A DNA stretch of 64,000 bases, taken from Alphaproteobacteria bacterium. Its GTDB lineage: Bacteria > Pseudomonadota > Alphaproteobacteria > UBA828. The position numbers were made by a program, and so were the translations under genes. Positions 48,183 through 57,596 of this stretch are shown piece after piece. The stretch's first letter is position 1. Each line of letters begins with the position of its first letter. The notes beneath the pieces are model-generated. The model searched no databases and was not told the DNA's origin. It saw nothing but the letters and a program-made list of their open reading frames with translations. Where the stretch lies: positions 1,824,001 through 1,888,000 of the forward strand of contig CBDCCI010000002.1 of NCBI GenBank assembly GCA_965214705.1, written 5' to 3'.

Positions 48183-48740
48183 CTATTCAGCCGACGCGGC
48201 GAGAGGCTCCGGTCCCATGCCCTCACGGGTGGCGGCATCGGCGAACTCGTCCAACACCGCGCCAAGCGTCGCCATCATCTCCTCGATCTGCGCATGCGTG
48301 ATGATGAAGGGCGGGGCGACGATGACCGAATCGCCGATCGGGCGCGTGATGAGCCCGCGGGCGTAGGCCATCTCCACGATGCGCTCGCCGATGGCGTGCT
48401 CCGGCGCGAAGGGGCGCTTGCTGCCCTTGTCCGCGACGATCTCCAGGGCGCCGAGGAGCCCCACATGCCGCACCTCGCCCACCAGCGGGTGGTCCTCGAA
48501 GCGGCGCATCGCCGCCTCGAGCGAGGGCGCCACCTCGCGCACGTTGTCGAGCAGGCCGCCGGGCTCGGTGATCAGCGCTATGGTTTCCAGCGCGACCGCC
48601 GCTGCGGCCGGGCTGCCGCCGGTGGTGAAGCCATGGGGAAACTCCTCATATTCTTCCGCCGCGCGATGCAGGCGACGGTCCATCTCCGGCGACAGCAACA
48701 CCGCCGCCATCGGGTAGTAGCCGGAGGTGAGCGCCTTGGA
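48183..48740 (-). pseudogene. Class III aminotransferase, 3' fragment (IS110-interrupted)
   Basis: SKALTSGYYPMAA (PLP lysine), HGFTTGG and VGEVRHVGL...APPFI; in frame with the 5' fragment once the IS is removed. Confidence 0.9.
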
Positions 48741-48760
48741 AGCCACCACCACTGCGGCGC

Positions 48761-49032
48761 AGCGGCTCAGTCGCTGAAGTAACTGGGGGTAGAGTCTTCG
48801 ACTGGGGTTGAGTCTTCGACGGTTGAAGCGTGAAGTGGTAGCGGGTAGGGCAGACGAGGCCGTCCCTTCAGTGGCGTGCGAGGGCACCCGTTTGGAAGCG
48901 GCTCAGTCGCTGAAGTAACTGGGGGTAGAGTCTTCGACTGGGGTTGAGTCTTCGACGGTTGAAGCGTGAAGTGGTAGCGGGTAGGGCAGACGAGGCCGTC
49001 CCTTCAGTGGCGTGCGAGGGCACCCGTTTGGA
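48761..49032. repeat. Perfect 136-bp tandem duplication in the IS110 left end
   Basis: 48761-48896 is identical to 48897-49032, with AGC at each unit boundary. Each unit holds an internal ~18-bp near-tandem GGGGT(A/T)GAGTCTTCGAC. Confidence 0.93.
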
Positions 49033-49150
49033 AGCTTGGCCCGAACCGTGATCGGCTTCTGTCACTGATGGCGCGGGTTCGCCCGTGACCTCGTTCAAGA
49101 GATTGAGACTTCGCCGCGGTTCCTCCCCACCCGCAACGTCAACGGAGTTT
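48897..49150 (+). ncRNA. Putative IS110 bridge RNA (boundaries approximate)
   Basis: TTGGAAG (49028-49034) equals left target plus core. GTCACT (49061-49066) is the reverse complement of core plus right target. TCAAGAG (49095-49101) equals the right-end donor plus core. Stems ACCCG/CGGGT and CCGA/TCGG frame the target loop. Confidence 0.7.
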
Positions 49151-49163
49151 GGGAGGGCTCTCG

Positions 49164-50588
49164 ATGGCGCGCAAGCGGAGAAGGAGGCAGCGCCTCAAGG
49201 TAGTGCACCCGAATTGCGCCGGGATCGACATCGGCAAGGACCGGCACTTCGTGGCGGTGGATCCGGAGCGAGCCGAGGAACCGGTGAGGGAGTTCGGCGC
49301 GTTCACGCGCGACCTGGATGCGATGGCCGAGTGGCTGAAGTCGTGCGGTGTGACGAAGGTGGCGATGGAGTCGACCTCGGTCTACTGGATCCCGGTTTAC
49401 GAGGTCCTGGATCGAGCCGGCTTCGAGGTGATGCTTGTGCCGCCCCGGATGACGAAGCAGATCGGCGGGCGCAAGAGCGATGTGCTGGACTGCCAGTGGA
49501 TCTGGCAGCTGATGTCCTACGGCCTTCTGCGCGGCGCCTTCCGGCCGGGCGACGCGATCTGCCCGTTGCGCTCCTTCATGCGCCAGGCGAAGCAGTTGAT
49601 CGAGGACCGCTCTCGCTGCGTGCTGCATATGCAGAAGGCGCTGACCCAGATGAACGTGCGTCTGGACTCGGTGATCAGCGATATCATGGGGAAGACGGGT
49701 GAGCGCATCCTGCGGGCGATCATCGCCGGCGAGCGCGACCCCGGGCGGCTGGCGTCGCTTCGCGACAGGCGGATCAAGGCCAGCGCCGACACGATTGCCG
49801 CGAGCCTGGAGGGCACTTGGCGCGAGGAGCACCTGTTCGCGCTTGAGCAGGCGATGCAGCGCTACGACTTTCTGGAGCAGCAGATCGCGGACTGCGAGGC
49901 GCGGATCATGGCGGAGGTTGAGCACCTGACCCCGCCGGACGATCCGACGGATGAGGGTACGCCCGAGGACACTCCCAGTGTCGGATCATCGGGCACGGCG
50001 TCGAACGAGACCCCAAGCAGCAGCGGCAGGGCGCTCCGCGGGCAGGATAAGGCCATGGCTATGGCGCTGCATAAGATGATGGGGGTCGATCTCACCGCAA
50101 TCCCCACCGTCGGCGTCAACACTGCCCTGGTGATCGCCGCCGAGATCGGTCCTGACTTCTCCGCCTTTCCCTCCGCACAGCACTTCAGTTCCTGGCTGGG
50201 GCTGGCGCCTGGGACCAGGATCAGCGGCGGCAAACCGTTGCCGGGCCGGGGGCCCAAGGTGGTCAACCGCGTTGGCCAGGCACTGCGCATGGCGGCCATG
50301 ACCGCTCGCACCAGCCAAACCTTCATCGGCGCCAAGCACCGCAGCCGCCTCGCCCGGATGGACACCAGCGTAGCCGTTGTCGCCACCGCCCGAGAACTCG
50401 CCTGCCTGATCTACCTGATGGTGACCCGCGGCCAGCAATATGCCGAGAAGGGGATGGAGGTCTACGAGAGCCGACGCCTGGACCGAAAGTTCTCTTCGCT
50501 CCGTCGACAGGCCAAGAAGCTCGGCTTCCAACTGGTCGAGATCGACGACGACAACAAAAACACAAATGCCTCTATGTCAACGGCTTAG
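49164..50588 (+). CDS. IS110 family transposase/recombinase (DEDD RuvC plus Tnp20 domain)
   Basis: GIDIGK, AMESTSVYW, KSDVLD and IPTVG...AEIG..FSAF.S...SWLGLAP...SGGK; GGAGG RBS. Confidence 0.95.
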   Translation: MARKRRRRQRLKVVHPNCAGIDIGKDRHFVAVDPERAEEPVREFGAFTRDLDAMAEWLKSCGVTKVAMESTSVYWIPVYEVLDRAGFEVMLVPPRMTKQIGGRKSDVLDCQWIWQLMSYGLLRGAFRPGDAICPLRSFMRQAKQLIEDRSRCVLHMQKALTQMNVRLDSVISDIMGKTGERILRAIIAGERDPGRLASLRDRRIKASADTIAASLEGTWREEHLFALEQAMQRYDFLEQQIADCEARIMAEVEHLTPPDDPTDEGTPEDTPSVGSSGTASNETPSSSGRALRGQDKAMAMALHKMMGVDLTAIPTVGVNTALVIAAEIGPDFSAFPSAQHFSSWLGLAPGTRISGGKPLPGRGPKVVNRVGQALRMAAMTARTSQTFIGAKHRSRLARMDTSVAVVATARELACLIYLMVTRGQQYAEKGMEVYESRRLDRKFSSLRRQAKKLGFQLVEIDDDNKNTNASMSTA

Positions 50589-50604
50589 AGAGAAGTTACT
50601 CAAG

Positions 50605-51450
50605 AGTGACCAGGATGTCCGGCGTGAATTCGTAGGTCTCGGCGCCCCACAGGTTCCCGGTGCGGCCGAGCCCGGTGACCACCTCGTCGGCCACCAGCGG
50701 GATGCCGTGGCGATTGAGCACCGCCTGGATCTTTGGGAAGTAGCCGGCCGGCGGCGGCACCGCGCCGCCGGCGCCCATCACGGGCTCAGCGAAGAAGCCG
50801 GCGAAGGTCTCGGGCCCCTCGGCCTCGATCAGCGCCTCCAGTTCGCCCGCCAGGCGCGCGGAGTAGGCGTCCTCGCTCTCGCCGGGATGGGCGTTGCGCC
50901 AGTAGTGCGGCGCCTCGACGTAGCGCACCTCCGGCAGCGGAAGCCCGAAGGCGCCGATGTAGGGCTTGCCGTTGAGGCTGCACGAGGCGACGGTCGTGCC
51001 GTGATAGGCCATGGAGCGGGAGATCAGCTTGCGTCGCTCGGGCTCGCCGGCGCCTCTCGCCATCATCCAAAGCATCTTGATCGTGGTGTCGTTGGCCTCC
51101 GAGCCCGAGTTGACGAAGTAGACCCGCGCCACCTCCATCGGCGCGATCTCCACCAGCCTCTCGGCGAGCACGACCGGGGGCAGGGCGGTGCGGCCGAAGA
51201 AAGTGTGATAGGCCGGCATCTGCTTGAGGGCCTCATGGGCCGCCTGCACCAGCCTGGGCTCGCTGAAGCCGACCACCACGTTCCACAGGCCCGAAACGCT
51301 TTCGAGATAGCGCTTGCCATGCGTGTCGCGGACGTAGATACCTTCGCCCCGCTCCAGCACAAGCGGGCCATCCCGCTCCAGGCTGGGGAGATGGGTGTAG
51401 GAATGAAGATGATGCGCGAGATCGCGCGCCTCGGGGGAGTTCAGCGCCAT
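50605..51450 (-). pseudogene. Class III aminotransferase (omega-amino acid/polyamine type), 5' fragment
   Basis: GEGIYV.D..GKRYL...GLWN, NSGSEAND, AYHG, FAEPVMGAGG and ADEVVTGLGRTG; ends at PDILVT. Confidence 0.9.
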
Positions 51451-51530
51451 CGCTCGGGACCTCGGATCGTTCCGTGGGTGGAGGCAGGCCCCGCCGACCG
51501 CCGTGTTCGACCGCGAGCAGCGGAGCCACC

Positions 51531-52496
51531 ATGCCGAAGGTAATCATACACGATGCGATCGACGAGGCAGGCGTCGATCTCTTGAAAAGCCGCGCCGACC
51601 TGGACATCTGCGAGGTGGCGCGGGACGACGACGACACGCTGCTGAGGGAAATTGCGGACGCCGACGGCCTCATCCTGCGCTATCTGCCGTTGCGGGCCGA
51701 GATGCTTGAAGCATCGACCCGGCTCAAGGTCATCGCACGGCACGGCGTCGGCTGCGACAACATCGACCTGGAGGTCGCGACCGCGCGAAAGATACCGGTG
51801 GCCACAGTGGGCGACGCCAACGCCGTGACGGTTGCCGAGCTCACCCTCTACTTCATGCTCGCGGCGTCGAAGAAGGCCCGCCATTACGACGAGTCGGTGC
51901 GGCGCGGGGAGTTTCTCGTGCGCGAGGCCGCCGACCATCTCGAACTCTACGGGCGCACCGTTCTGATCATCGGCTTCGGGCGCATCGGGCGGCGGGTGGC
52001 GGCGCGCTGCCGGGCCTTCGAGATGAAGGTCGAGTGCTGCGATCCCTACATTCCGCAGATGGAGATTATCGATGCCGGCTGCACGCCGGTTGCCGACCTC
52101 GCCGAGGCGCTGCCGCGGGCGGACTACGTCAGCGTGCACGTGCCGCTCAACGACGAGACCCGACACCTGATCGACCGGGCGGCGCTGGCCCGGATGAAGC
52201 CGGGCGCGATTCTCGCCAATGCGGCGCGGGGGCCGATCGTCGATGGCGTAGCCCTCCACGAGGCGCTCCAATCGGGACATCTGGCGGGGGCGGGCCTCGA
52301 TGTGTTCGACGAGGAGCCGCCGCGACTCGACGACCCGTTGCTCAGTCATCCGGCGACCGTGCTCATGCCGCACATGGGGGGCTCCTCCCGCGGTGCCTTT
52401 ATCCGCATGGCGACGCGGTGCGCGCAGAACGTGCTCGACGCGCTGGATGGAAAGCTCAATTCTTCCTTTGTATTCAATACCGAAGCACTGGATTGA
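51531..52496 (+). CDS. D-isomer-specific 2-hydroxyacid dehydrogenase (SerA-like)
   Basis: RHGVGCDNID, GFGRIG, HVPL, NAARG, DVFDEEP and PHMGG. Confidence 0.9.
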   Translation: MPKVIIHDAIDEAGVDLLKSRADLDICEVARDDDDTLLREIADADGLILRYLPLRAEMLEASTRLKVIARHGVGCDNIDLEVATARKIPVATVGDANAVTVAELTLYFMLAASKKARHYDESVRRGEFLVREAADHLELYGRTVLIIGFGRIGRRVAARCRAFEMKVECCDPYIPQMEIIDAGCTPVADLAEALPRADYVSVHVPLNDETRHLIDRAALARMKPGAILANAARGPIVDGVALHEALQSGHLAGAGLDVFDEEPPRLDDPLLSHPATVLMPHMGGSSRGAFIRMATRCAQNVLDALDGKLNSSFVFNTEALD

Positions 52497-52604
52497 GGCT
52501 GCTTCCCGACGCGGCTTGCGGGCTCCCGGTCACCAACGCTTGAACACCGCCTGGACAATTGGGGGGTTGGCGCGCGCGTAACAGGCGTGTCATAGGGGCC
52601 CGCC

Positions 52605-53615
52605 ATGAAACGGCGCGAGTCGCGAATCGGACTGAGATCCGCGCGTATGGTGGCCAGTGCGGCGCTGATCGGCGTGCTGCTGGCGGGTGGCGCGATGGCG
52701 CAGGAAGAGGGTGCCGAGAACTTCGCCGAATGGCGCGAGGGGGTGCGCAGCGAGGCTCTGAGCCAGGGCATCAGCGCCGCCACCTTCGATGCGGCGTTTG
52801 CGGGAATCGAGCCGATCCCCCGCGTCATTGAGCTGGACCGCTCCCAACCCGAAGTTACCCTCACCTTCGCCGAGTATCTGGAGCGCGTGGTACCCGAGTC
52901 GCGCGTCGTGCAGGGCAGGGAACTGCTCGCCAAGCACCGGGACTTGCTCGAGCCGATCGGGCACGAGTTCGGGGTTCCGCCCCGCTTCATCGTGGCGCTC
53001 TGGGGCATCGAGACCAGCTTCGGCAGGTTTCTCGGCGGATTTCCGGTGATCGGCGCCCTCGCGACCCTCGCCCATGACGGCCGGCGCAGCGCCTATTTCC
53101 GCGGGGAGCTGTTGCACGCGCTCCGCATCCTGGAGGACGGCCACATCACGCCGGACGCCATGGTCGGCAGCTGGGCCGGCGCCATGGGGCAGAGCCAGTT
53201 CATGCCGTCGAGCTTCGTGCGCCACGCCGTGGACCACGACGGCGACGGCAAGCGCGATATCTGGGGCACCCAGGAAGACGTCTTTGCCTCGGCGGCGAAT
53301 TACTTGGTCCAAGCCGGGTGGCGCAACGGCGAGACCTGGGGGCGACAGGTGCAGTTGCCGGCCGGCTTCGATCAGGGGCTCGCCGACCTGAAGGTGAAGA
53401 GGACCCTCGCCGAATGGCAGGCCCTGGGTCTTCGCCGCGCCGATGGCAGCGATCTGCCGCAGGCCGCGATGAGCGGCTCGGTGGTGCTGCCCGGTGGGGA
53501 AGGGGGGCCGGCTTACCTCGTTTACGATAACTACCGGACGATCATGCGGTGGAACCGCTCGTTCTACTTTGCGACATCCGTCGGCCTTCTGGCCGACAGG
53601 ATCGGGAGGCGGTAG
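52605..53615 (+). CDS. mltB: Lytic murein transglycosylase B-like
   Basis: DRSQPE, ALWGIETSFG, GSWAGAMGQSQFMPSS, DHDGDGKRDIW and WNRS..FA. Confidence 0.9.
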   Translation: MKRRESRIGLRSARMVASAALIGVLLAGGAMAQEEGAENFAEWREGVRSEALSQGISAATFDAAFAGIEPIPRVIELDRSQPEVTLTFAEYLERVVPESRVVQGRELLAKHRDLLEPIGHEFGVPPRFIVALWGIETSFGRFLGGFPVIGALATLAHDGRRSAYFRGELLHALRILEDGHITPDAMVGSWAGAMGQSQFMPSSFVRHAVDHDGDGKRDIWGTQEDVFASAANYLVQAGWRNGETWGRQVQLPAGFDQGLADLKVKRTLAEWQALGLRRADGSDLPQAAMSGSVVLPGGEGGPAYLVYDNYRTIMRWNRSFYFATSVGLLADRIGRR

Positions 53616-53634
53616 CGGCCGGCGGGTCCGGCCG

Positions 53635-54576
53635 ATGACCAGAAAGCCGCTTCTCCTCGCCTCGCTGGCGCTCTGCCTGCTCGCATTCGCGGGCTGCAGC
53701 GAGGTCAAGCTCGCCCTTCATGTCGTCAAGAAGTTCAACCTGGAGACGAAGGAGGAGGAGCCGCCGGTTCGCGTTGCGAAGCCGCATTACAAGCTCGGCT
53801 CGCCCTACCAGGTCAACCACGTCTGGCATTACCCGAGCTACGATCCCAACTATGACAGGACGGGCGTCGCCTCGTGGTACGGGCCCGCGTTCCACGGCAG
53901 GCCCACGGCGAACGGCGAACGCTTCGACATGAACGGGGTGACCGCCGCGCACCCGACGCTGCCGCTGCCCAGCCGTGTGCGCGTGACCAACCTCGAAAAC
54001 GGGCGGCAACTGGAATTGCGGGTGAACGACCGGGGCCCGTTCGTCAACGGCCGGATCATCGATCTCTCCCGCCGCGCCGCGCAGCTTCTCGGCTTCAAGC
54101 GCCAGGGCTTGACCAAGGTGCGCGTCCAGTACCTCGGCCTGGACCGCCTTGAGCCGCCGGAGCCCCCCGCTGACCAGCCGGTCGTCGTAGCTGCGGTCGA
54201 GCCTGACGTCGCTTTGAAACCCCGCTGGACGAAGCCGTCGAACGGAACGGTGGTGCTGCCGCCGGACAGGCCGGTGCGGCGCGTGGCGAGCGCGAGCCCG
54301 CCCCAGACGCCGAAGAGTGAGACTGCCAGCGTCACGTCGCGGAGGCTCCTGGTCGAAGCGGCAGTCCTCAACGGGCGCGACGATGCCGACCGTTTGGGCG
54401 ATCAGGTGCGCTCTCTCGGGGCGGTTGCGGTCGAGCCCGAGCGCCGCAACGGCCGCGTGGTCTACGCGGTGCGCATCGGCCCGGTGGACACGGACGACGA
54501 GGCGGCGTTCATCCTGGCCGAGCTCAACCGCGCCGGCTTCACCGGCTCGCACATCGTCGCTGCGGGGTACCGCTGA
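53635..54576 (+). CDS. rlpA: Septal ring lytic transglycosylase RlpA family lipoprotein with SPOR domain
   Basis: Lipobox FAGC, GVASWYG, TANGE, AAHPTLPLPS and VNDRGPF..RIIDLS. Confidence 0.92.
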   Translation: MTRKPLLLASLALCLLAFAGCSEVKLALHVVKKFNLETKEEEPPVRVAKPHYKLGSPYQVNHVWHYPSYDPNYDRTGVASWYGPAFHGRPTANGERFDMNGVTAAHPTLPLPSRVRVTNLENGRQLELRVNDRGPFVNGRIIDLSRRAAQLLGFKRQGLTKVRVQYLGLDRLEPPEPPADQPVVVAAVEPDVALKPRWTKPSNGTVVLPPDRPVRRVASASPPQTPKSETASVTSRRLLVEAAVLNGRDDADRLGDQVRSLGAVAVEPERRNGRVVYAVRIGPVDTDDEAAFILAELNRAGFTGSHIVAAGYR

Positions 54577-54659
54577 CGAGAGTGGCGCTTGGCCCGGCCC
54601 CCGGCGAGGGTGTACACCTTGCGATCCGCCCTGATGCGATGCGGAGGAGCCGGAACCAG

Positions 54660-55841
54660 ATGGCCGATCGAAATCCCGTGCGCCGGCGTGCCGTGCCCGT
54701 CGCTCTCTACTTGGCCCTGTGTCTCTGCCTGAGCGGTGCCTTCATCGCTGCGTCCCAGCCCCGCCCTGCCGCGGCGGTCGACACCGAGGCGAAGCAGTTC
54801 ATCCTGATGGATGCAGGGACCGGCATGGTGCTCGCCGAAAAGAACGCGGACGAGCCCATGTATCCGGCCTCCATGAGCAAGATCATGACGCTTTACGTCG
54901 TCTTCGAGCACCTGGCGGACGGCCAGCTCGACCTGGAAGACACCTTCACCGTGAGCAAGAAAGCGTGGCGTATGAAGGGCTCACGCATGTTTCTTGAGGT
55001 CAACAAGAAGGTAACGGTCAGCGAGTTGCTGCGCGGAGTCATCGTGCAGTCGGGCAACGACGCGAGCATCGTGCTGGCTGAGGGTCTGGCGGGATCGGAA
55101 GCCGCCTTCGCCGACCTGATGAACGAGAAGGCCGACGAGCTTGGCCTCGCCGACAGCCACTTCACCAACTCGACCGGATGGCCGGATCCCGAGCACATCA
55201 CGACTGCGCGTGATGTCGCCGAGCTGTCACGGCGCATCATCGTGGACTTTCCCGAGTACTACCCGATGTTCGCCGAGAAGAGCTTCAGCTACAACGGCAT
55301 CAAGCAGGGCAACCGTAACCCGCTGCTCTACCGCTACGACGGGGCTGACGGCCTCAAGACTGGATATACGCAAGCATCGGGCCACGGCCTCGCGGCATCG
55401 GCGAAACGCGGCGAGCAGCGTCTGGTGCTGGTCGTAAACGGCATCAACGGCGTCGATTCTCGTGCACGGGAATCGGAACGCTTGCTCAGCTACGGCTTTC
55501 GGGCGTTCAAGACCTACGTCCTGTTCCGCGCGGGCCAGGTGGTGGACAACTTCGAGGTCTGGCTTGGCGAGGCCGACGAGTTGCCCCTGGTAACCGAGAG
55601 CGACGTCGTGCTGATGATGCCGCGCAAGTCCCGCAAGAGCATGGAAGTAAAGATCGTGGCCGAGGGTCCGATCGCAGCGCCTGTTGAGAAGGGCGCGCGG
55701 GTGGCCACGCTGGTGGTGAGCGCGCCGAACGTGGAGACGCGCGAGTGGCCGCTATTGGCCGGTGCCTCGGTGGACAGCCTCTCCGGCTTCGGCCGGATCG
55801 GGGCCGCAATCGATGCGCTGATCTGGGGCAAGGGCGGCTAG
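54660..55841 (+). CDS. dacA: D-alanyl-D-alanine carboxypeptidase
   Basis: PASMSK (SxxK), SGN and KTG motifs. Confidence 0.9.
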   Translation: MADRNPVRRRAVPVALYLALCLCLSGAFIAASQPRPAAAVDTEAKQFILMDAGTGMVLAEKNADEPMYPASMSKIMTLYVVFEHLADGQLDLEDTFTVSKKAWRMKGSRMFLEVNKKVTVSELLRGVIVQSGNDASIVLAEGLAGSEAAFADLMNEKADELGLADSHFTNSTGWPDPEHITTARDVAELSRRIIVDFPEYYPMFAEKSFSYNGIKQGNRNPLLYRYDGADGLKTGYTQASGHGLAASAKRGEQRLVLVVNGINGVDSRARESERLLSYGFRAFKTYVLFRAGQVVDNFEVWLGEADELPLVTESDVVLMMPRKSRKSMEVKIVAEGPIAAPVEKGARVATLVVSAPNVETREWPLLAGASVDSLSGFGRIGAAIDALIWGKGG

Positions 55842-55866
55842 GGTCCGGAGGCCACCACGCCGCGGC

Positions 55867-56505
55867 ATGACGCGCGGACGCTTCATCACGCTGGAGGGCG
55901 GCGAGGGCGCCGGAAAGACCGTTCAAGCCGCCCGGCTTCGCGATGCGCTCGAAGCACGAGGCGTCGGGACAGTCCTGACTCGTGAGCCCGGCGGCTCTCC
56001 CGGAGCGGAAGAGATTCGTCGACTTCTCGTGTCGGGCCCGGTGGAGCGCTGGGAGCCGCTGGCCGAGGCCATGCTGCACGCGGCCGCTCGTCGCGATCAC
56101 CTGTTGCACACCATCGAGCCGGCGCTGGAGCGCGGACTCTGGGTCATCTCCGACCGCTTTGTGGATTCGATGATCGTCTACCAGGGCTACGGCCAGGGCG
56201 CCGACCTCGGCGTCATGGAACGCCTCAGTGAACTCTCTCTCGGAGGCTTCGCGCCGGATTTGACGGTGGTGCTGGATATCCCGGTGTCGGAAGGGCTGAG
56301 GCGGGCCGCTGCGCGCGCGGGATCGAACCGTTACGAGCGCATGGGCACGGACTTTCACGAAACGGTGCGGCGGGGCTTCCTCGCTCGCGCGGAATCAGAT
56401 GAGAGGCGTTACGCGGTTGTGGATGCGACGGCGGACCCGGACACGGTCGGTCGAGCGATCCAGAAGATCGTGGCGGCGCGACTTCCGGTCTCGTTCGATG
56501 ACTGA
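55867..56505 (+). CDS. tmk: Thymidylate kinase
   Basis: FITLEGGEGAGKT, TREPGG and SDRF..S..YQG. Confidence 0.95.
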   Translation: MTRGRFITLEGGEGAGKTVQAARLRDALEARGVGTVLTREPGGSPGAEEIRRLLVSGPVERWEPLAEAMLHAAARRDHLLHTIEPALERGLWVISDRFVDSMIVYQGYGQGADLGVMERLSELSLGGFAPDLTVVLDIPVSEGLRRAAARAGSNRYERMGTDFHETVRRGFLARAESDERRYAVVDATADPDTVGRAIQKIVAARLPVSFDD

Positions 56506-57577
56506 GGGCGCCGATTCGACCTTCACCTGGCCGGTCCCGCGCGAGAACCCGCATCTCGTTGGGCACGAGACGGCCGCCGGGGCGCTGGTGGAGGCGTGGG
56601 GCAGCGGGCGGCTGGCCCACGCCTGGCTGATCGCGGGTCCGCGCGGCATCGGTAAGGCGACGCTGGCCTACCGCTTCGCGCGCTTCGTGCTCGCCGGCGG
56701 GGAAGGGGGAGGCCACGACGGGCTGGCGATGGCACCGGAACACCCGGTCTTCCAGCGAACCGCGGCGGGCGGGCATAGCGACCTTGCGGTGATCGAACGG
56801 GGCCTCGGCGACCGGGGGCGGCTCCGCGCCGAGATCGTGGTGGACGACGTGCGCAAGGCCAACGCCTTCCTCTCGCTCACGGCGGGCGAGGGCGGCTGGC
56901 GCGTGGTGATCGTCGATGCGGCCGACGAGATGAACCGCAACGCCGCCAACGCCCTGCTCAAGCGCCTGGAAGAGCCGCCCAGCCGCGTGCTTTTCCTGCT
57001 CGTCAGCCACGCGCCGAGCCGGATGCCGGCGACGCTGCGCTCGCGCTGCCGCCTGCTGACGCTATCGCCGCTGTCCGCGCCGGCGCTGGACGGGCTGCTT
57101 GCCGACGCGATGCCCGACTTGCCGGCGGCGGAGTGCCGCGTGCTCGGACTGCTCGCCGAAGGCAGCCCCGGCCGCGCGGCGGCGCTGGCGGAGCAGGGCG
57201 GAGTCGCGCTCTATCGGCGCCTCATCGGCCTGGTCGGCGCGCTACCCGCGCTCGACGTGCGCCCGCTGCACCAGCTTGCCGACGGGCTCGGCGGACGAGA
57301 CGGGGTGGATCGCATGCGCACGCTCAGCGAGCTGATCCTGTGGTGGCTCGGCCGCTCGATCCGCCACGCCGCGCGCGGCGAGCTCGAGTCCATGGAGGAG
57401 GTCGTGCCCGGCGAGAAGGCGAGCGCGGCGCTGCTGCAGGGAGCGGCGCTTGATCGCTGGGTCGGCGTGTGGGAAAACCTCGGCCGCTCGTTCGCGGAGG
57501 CGGACGGGCTCAACCTTGACCCCCGGCAGGTCCTGATCGGCGCGCTCACATCGCTGCAGGAGGCCGCGCGGGCCTGA
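56498..57577 (+). CDS. holB: DNA polymerase III subunit delta'
   Basis: HAWLIAGPRGIGKAT, DAADEMN.NAANALLK.LEEPP and SRC; follows tmk. Confidence 0.93.
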   Translation: MTEGADSTFTWPVPRENPHLVGHETAAGALVEAWGSGRLAHAWLIAGPRGIGKATLAYRFARFVLAGGEGGGHDGLAMAPEHPVFQRTAAGGHSDLAVIERGLGDRGRLRAEIVVDDVRKANAFLSLTAGEGGWRVVIVDAADEMNRNAANALLKRLEEPPSRVLFLLVSHAPSRMPATLRSRCRLLTLSPLSAPALDGLLADAMPDLPAAECRVLGLLAEGSPGRAAALAEQGGVALYRRLIGLVGALPALDVRPLHQLADGLGGRDGVDRMRTLSELILWWLGRSIRHAARGELESMEEVVPGEKASAALLQGAALDRWVGVWENLGRSFAEADGLNLDPRQVLIGALTSLQEAARA

Positions 57578-57596
57578 ACCGCAGGACCGGAAGCCG

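Larger units (their letters stand above)
48741..50606 (+). mobile_element. IS110-family insertion sequence (coordinates include the AG core at both ends)
   Basis: Removing the element and one AG core restores CTG GTC ACT TCC AAG (LVTSK) of the aminotransferase. No long terminal IRs; long non-coding left end. Confidence 0.92.

Noticed and set aside
48183-48887. 234-aa ORF as an independent gene
   Set aside because: Its first ~49 codons are IS110 left-end sequence; only the part from 48740 down is aminotransferase.
48761-49032. Repeats as a CRISPR array
   Set aside because: Two long identical units with no unique spacers, inside an IS110 end, and no cas genes.
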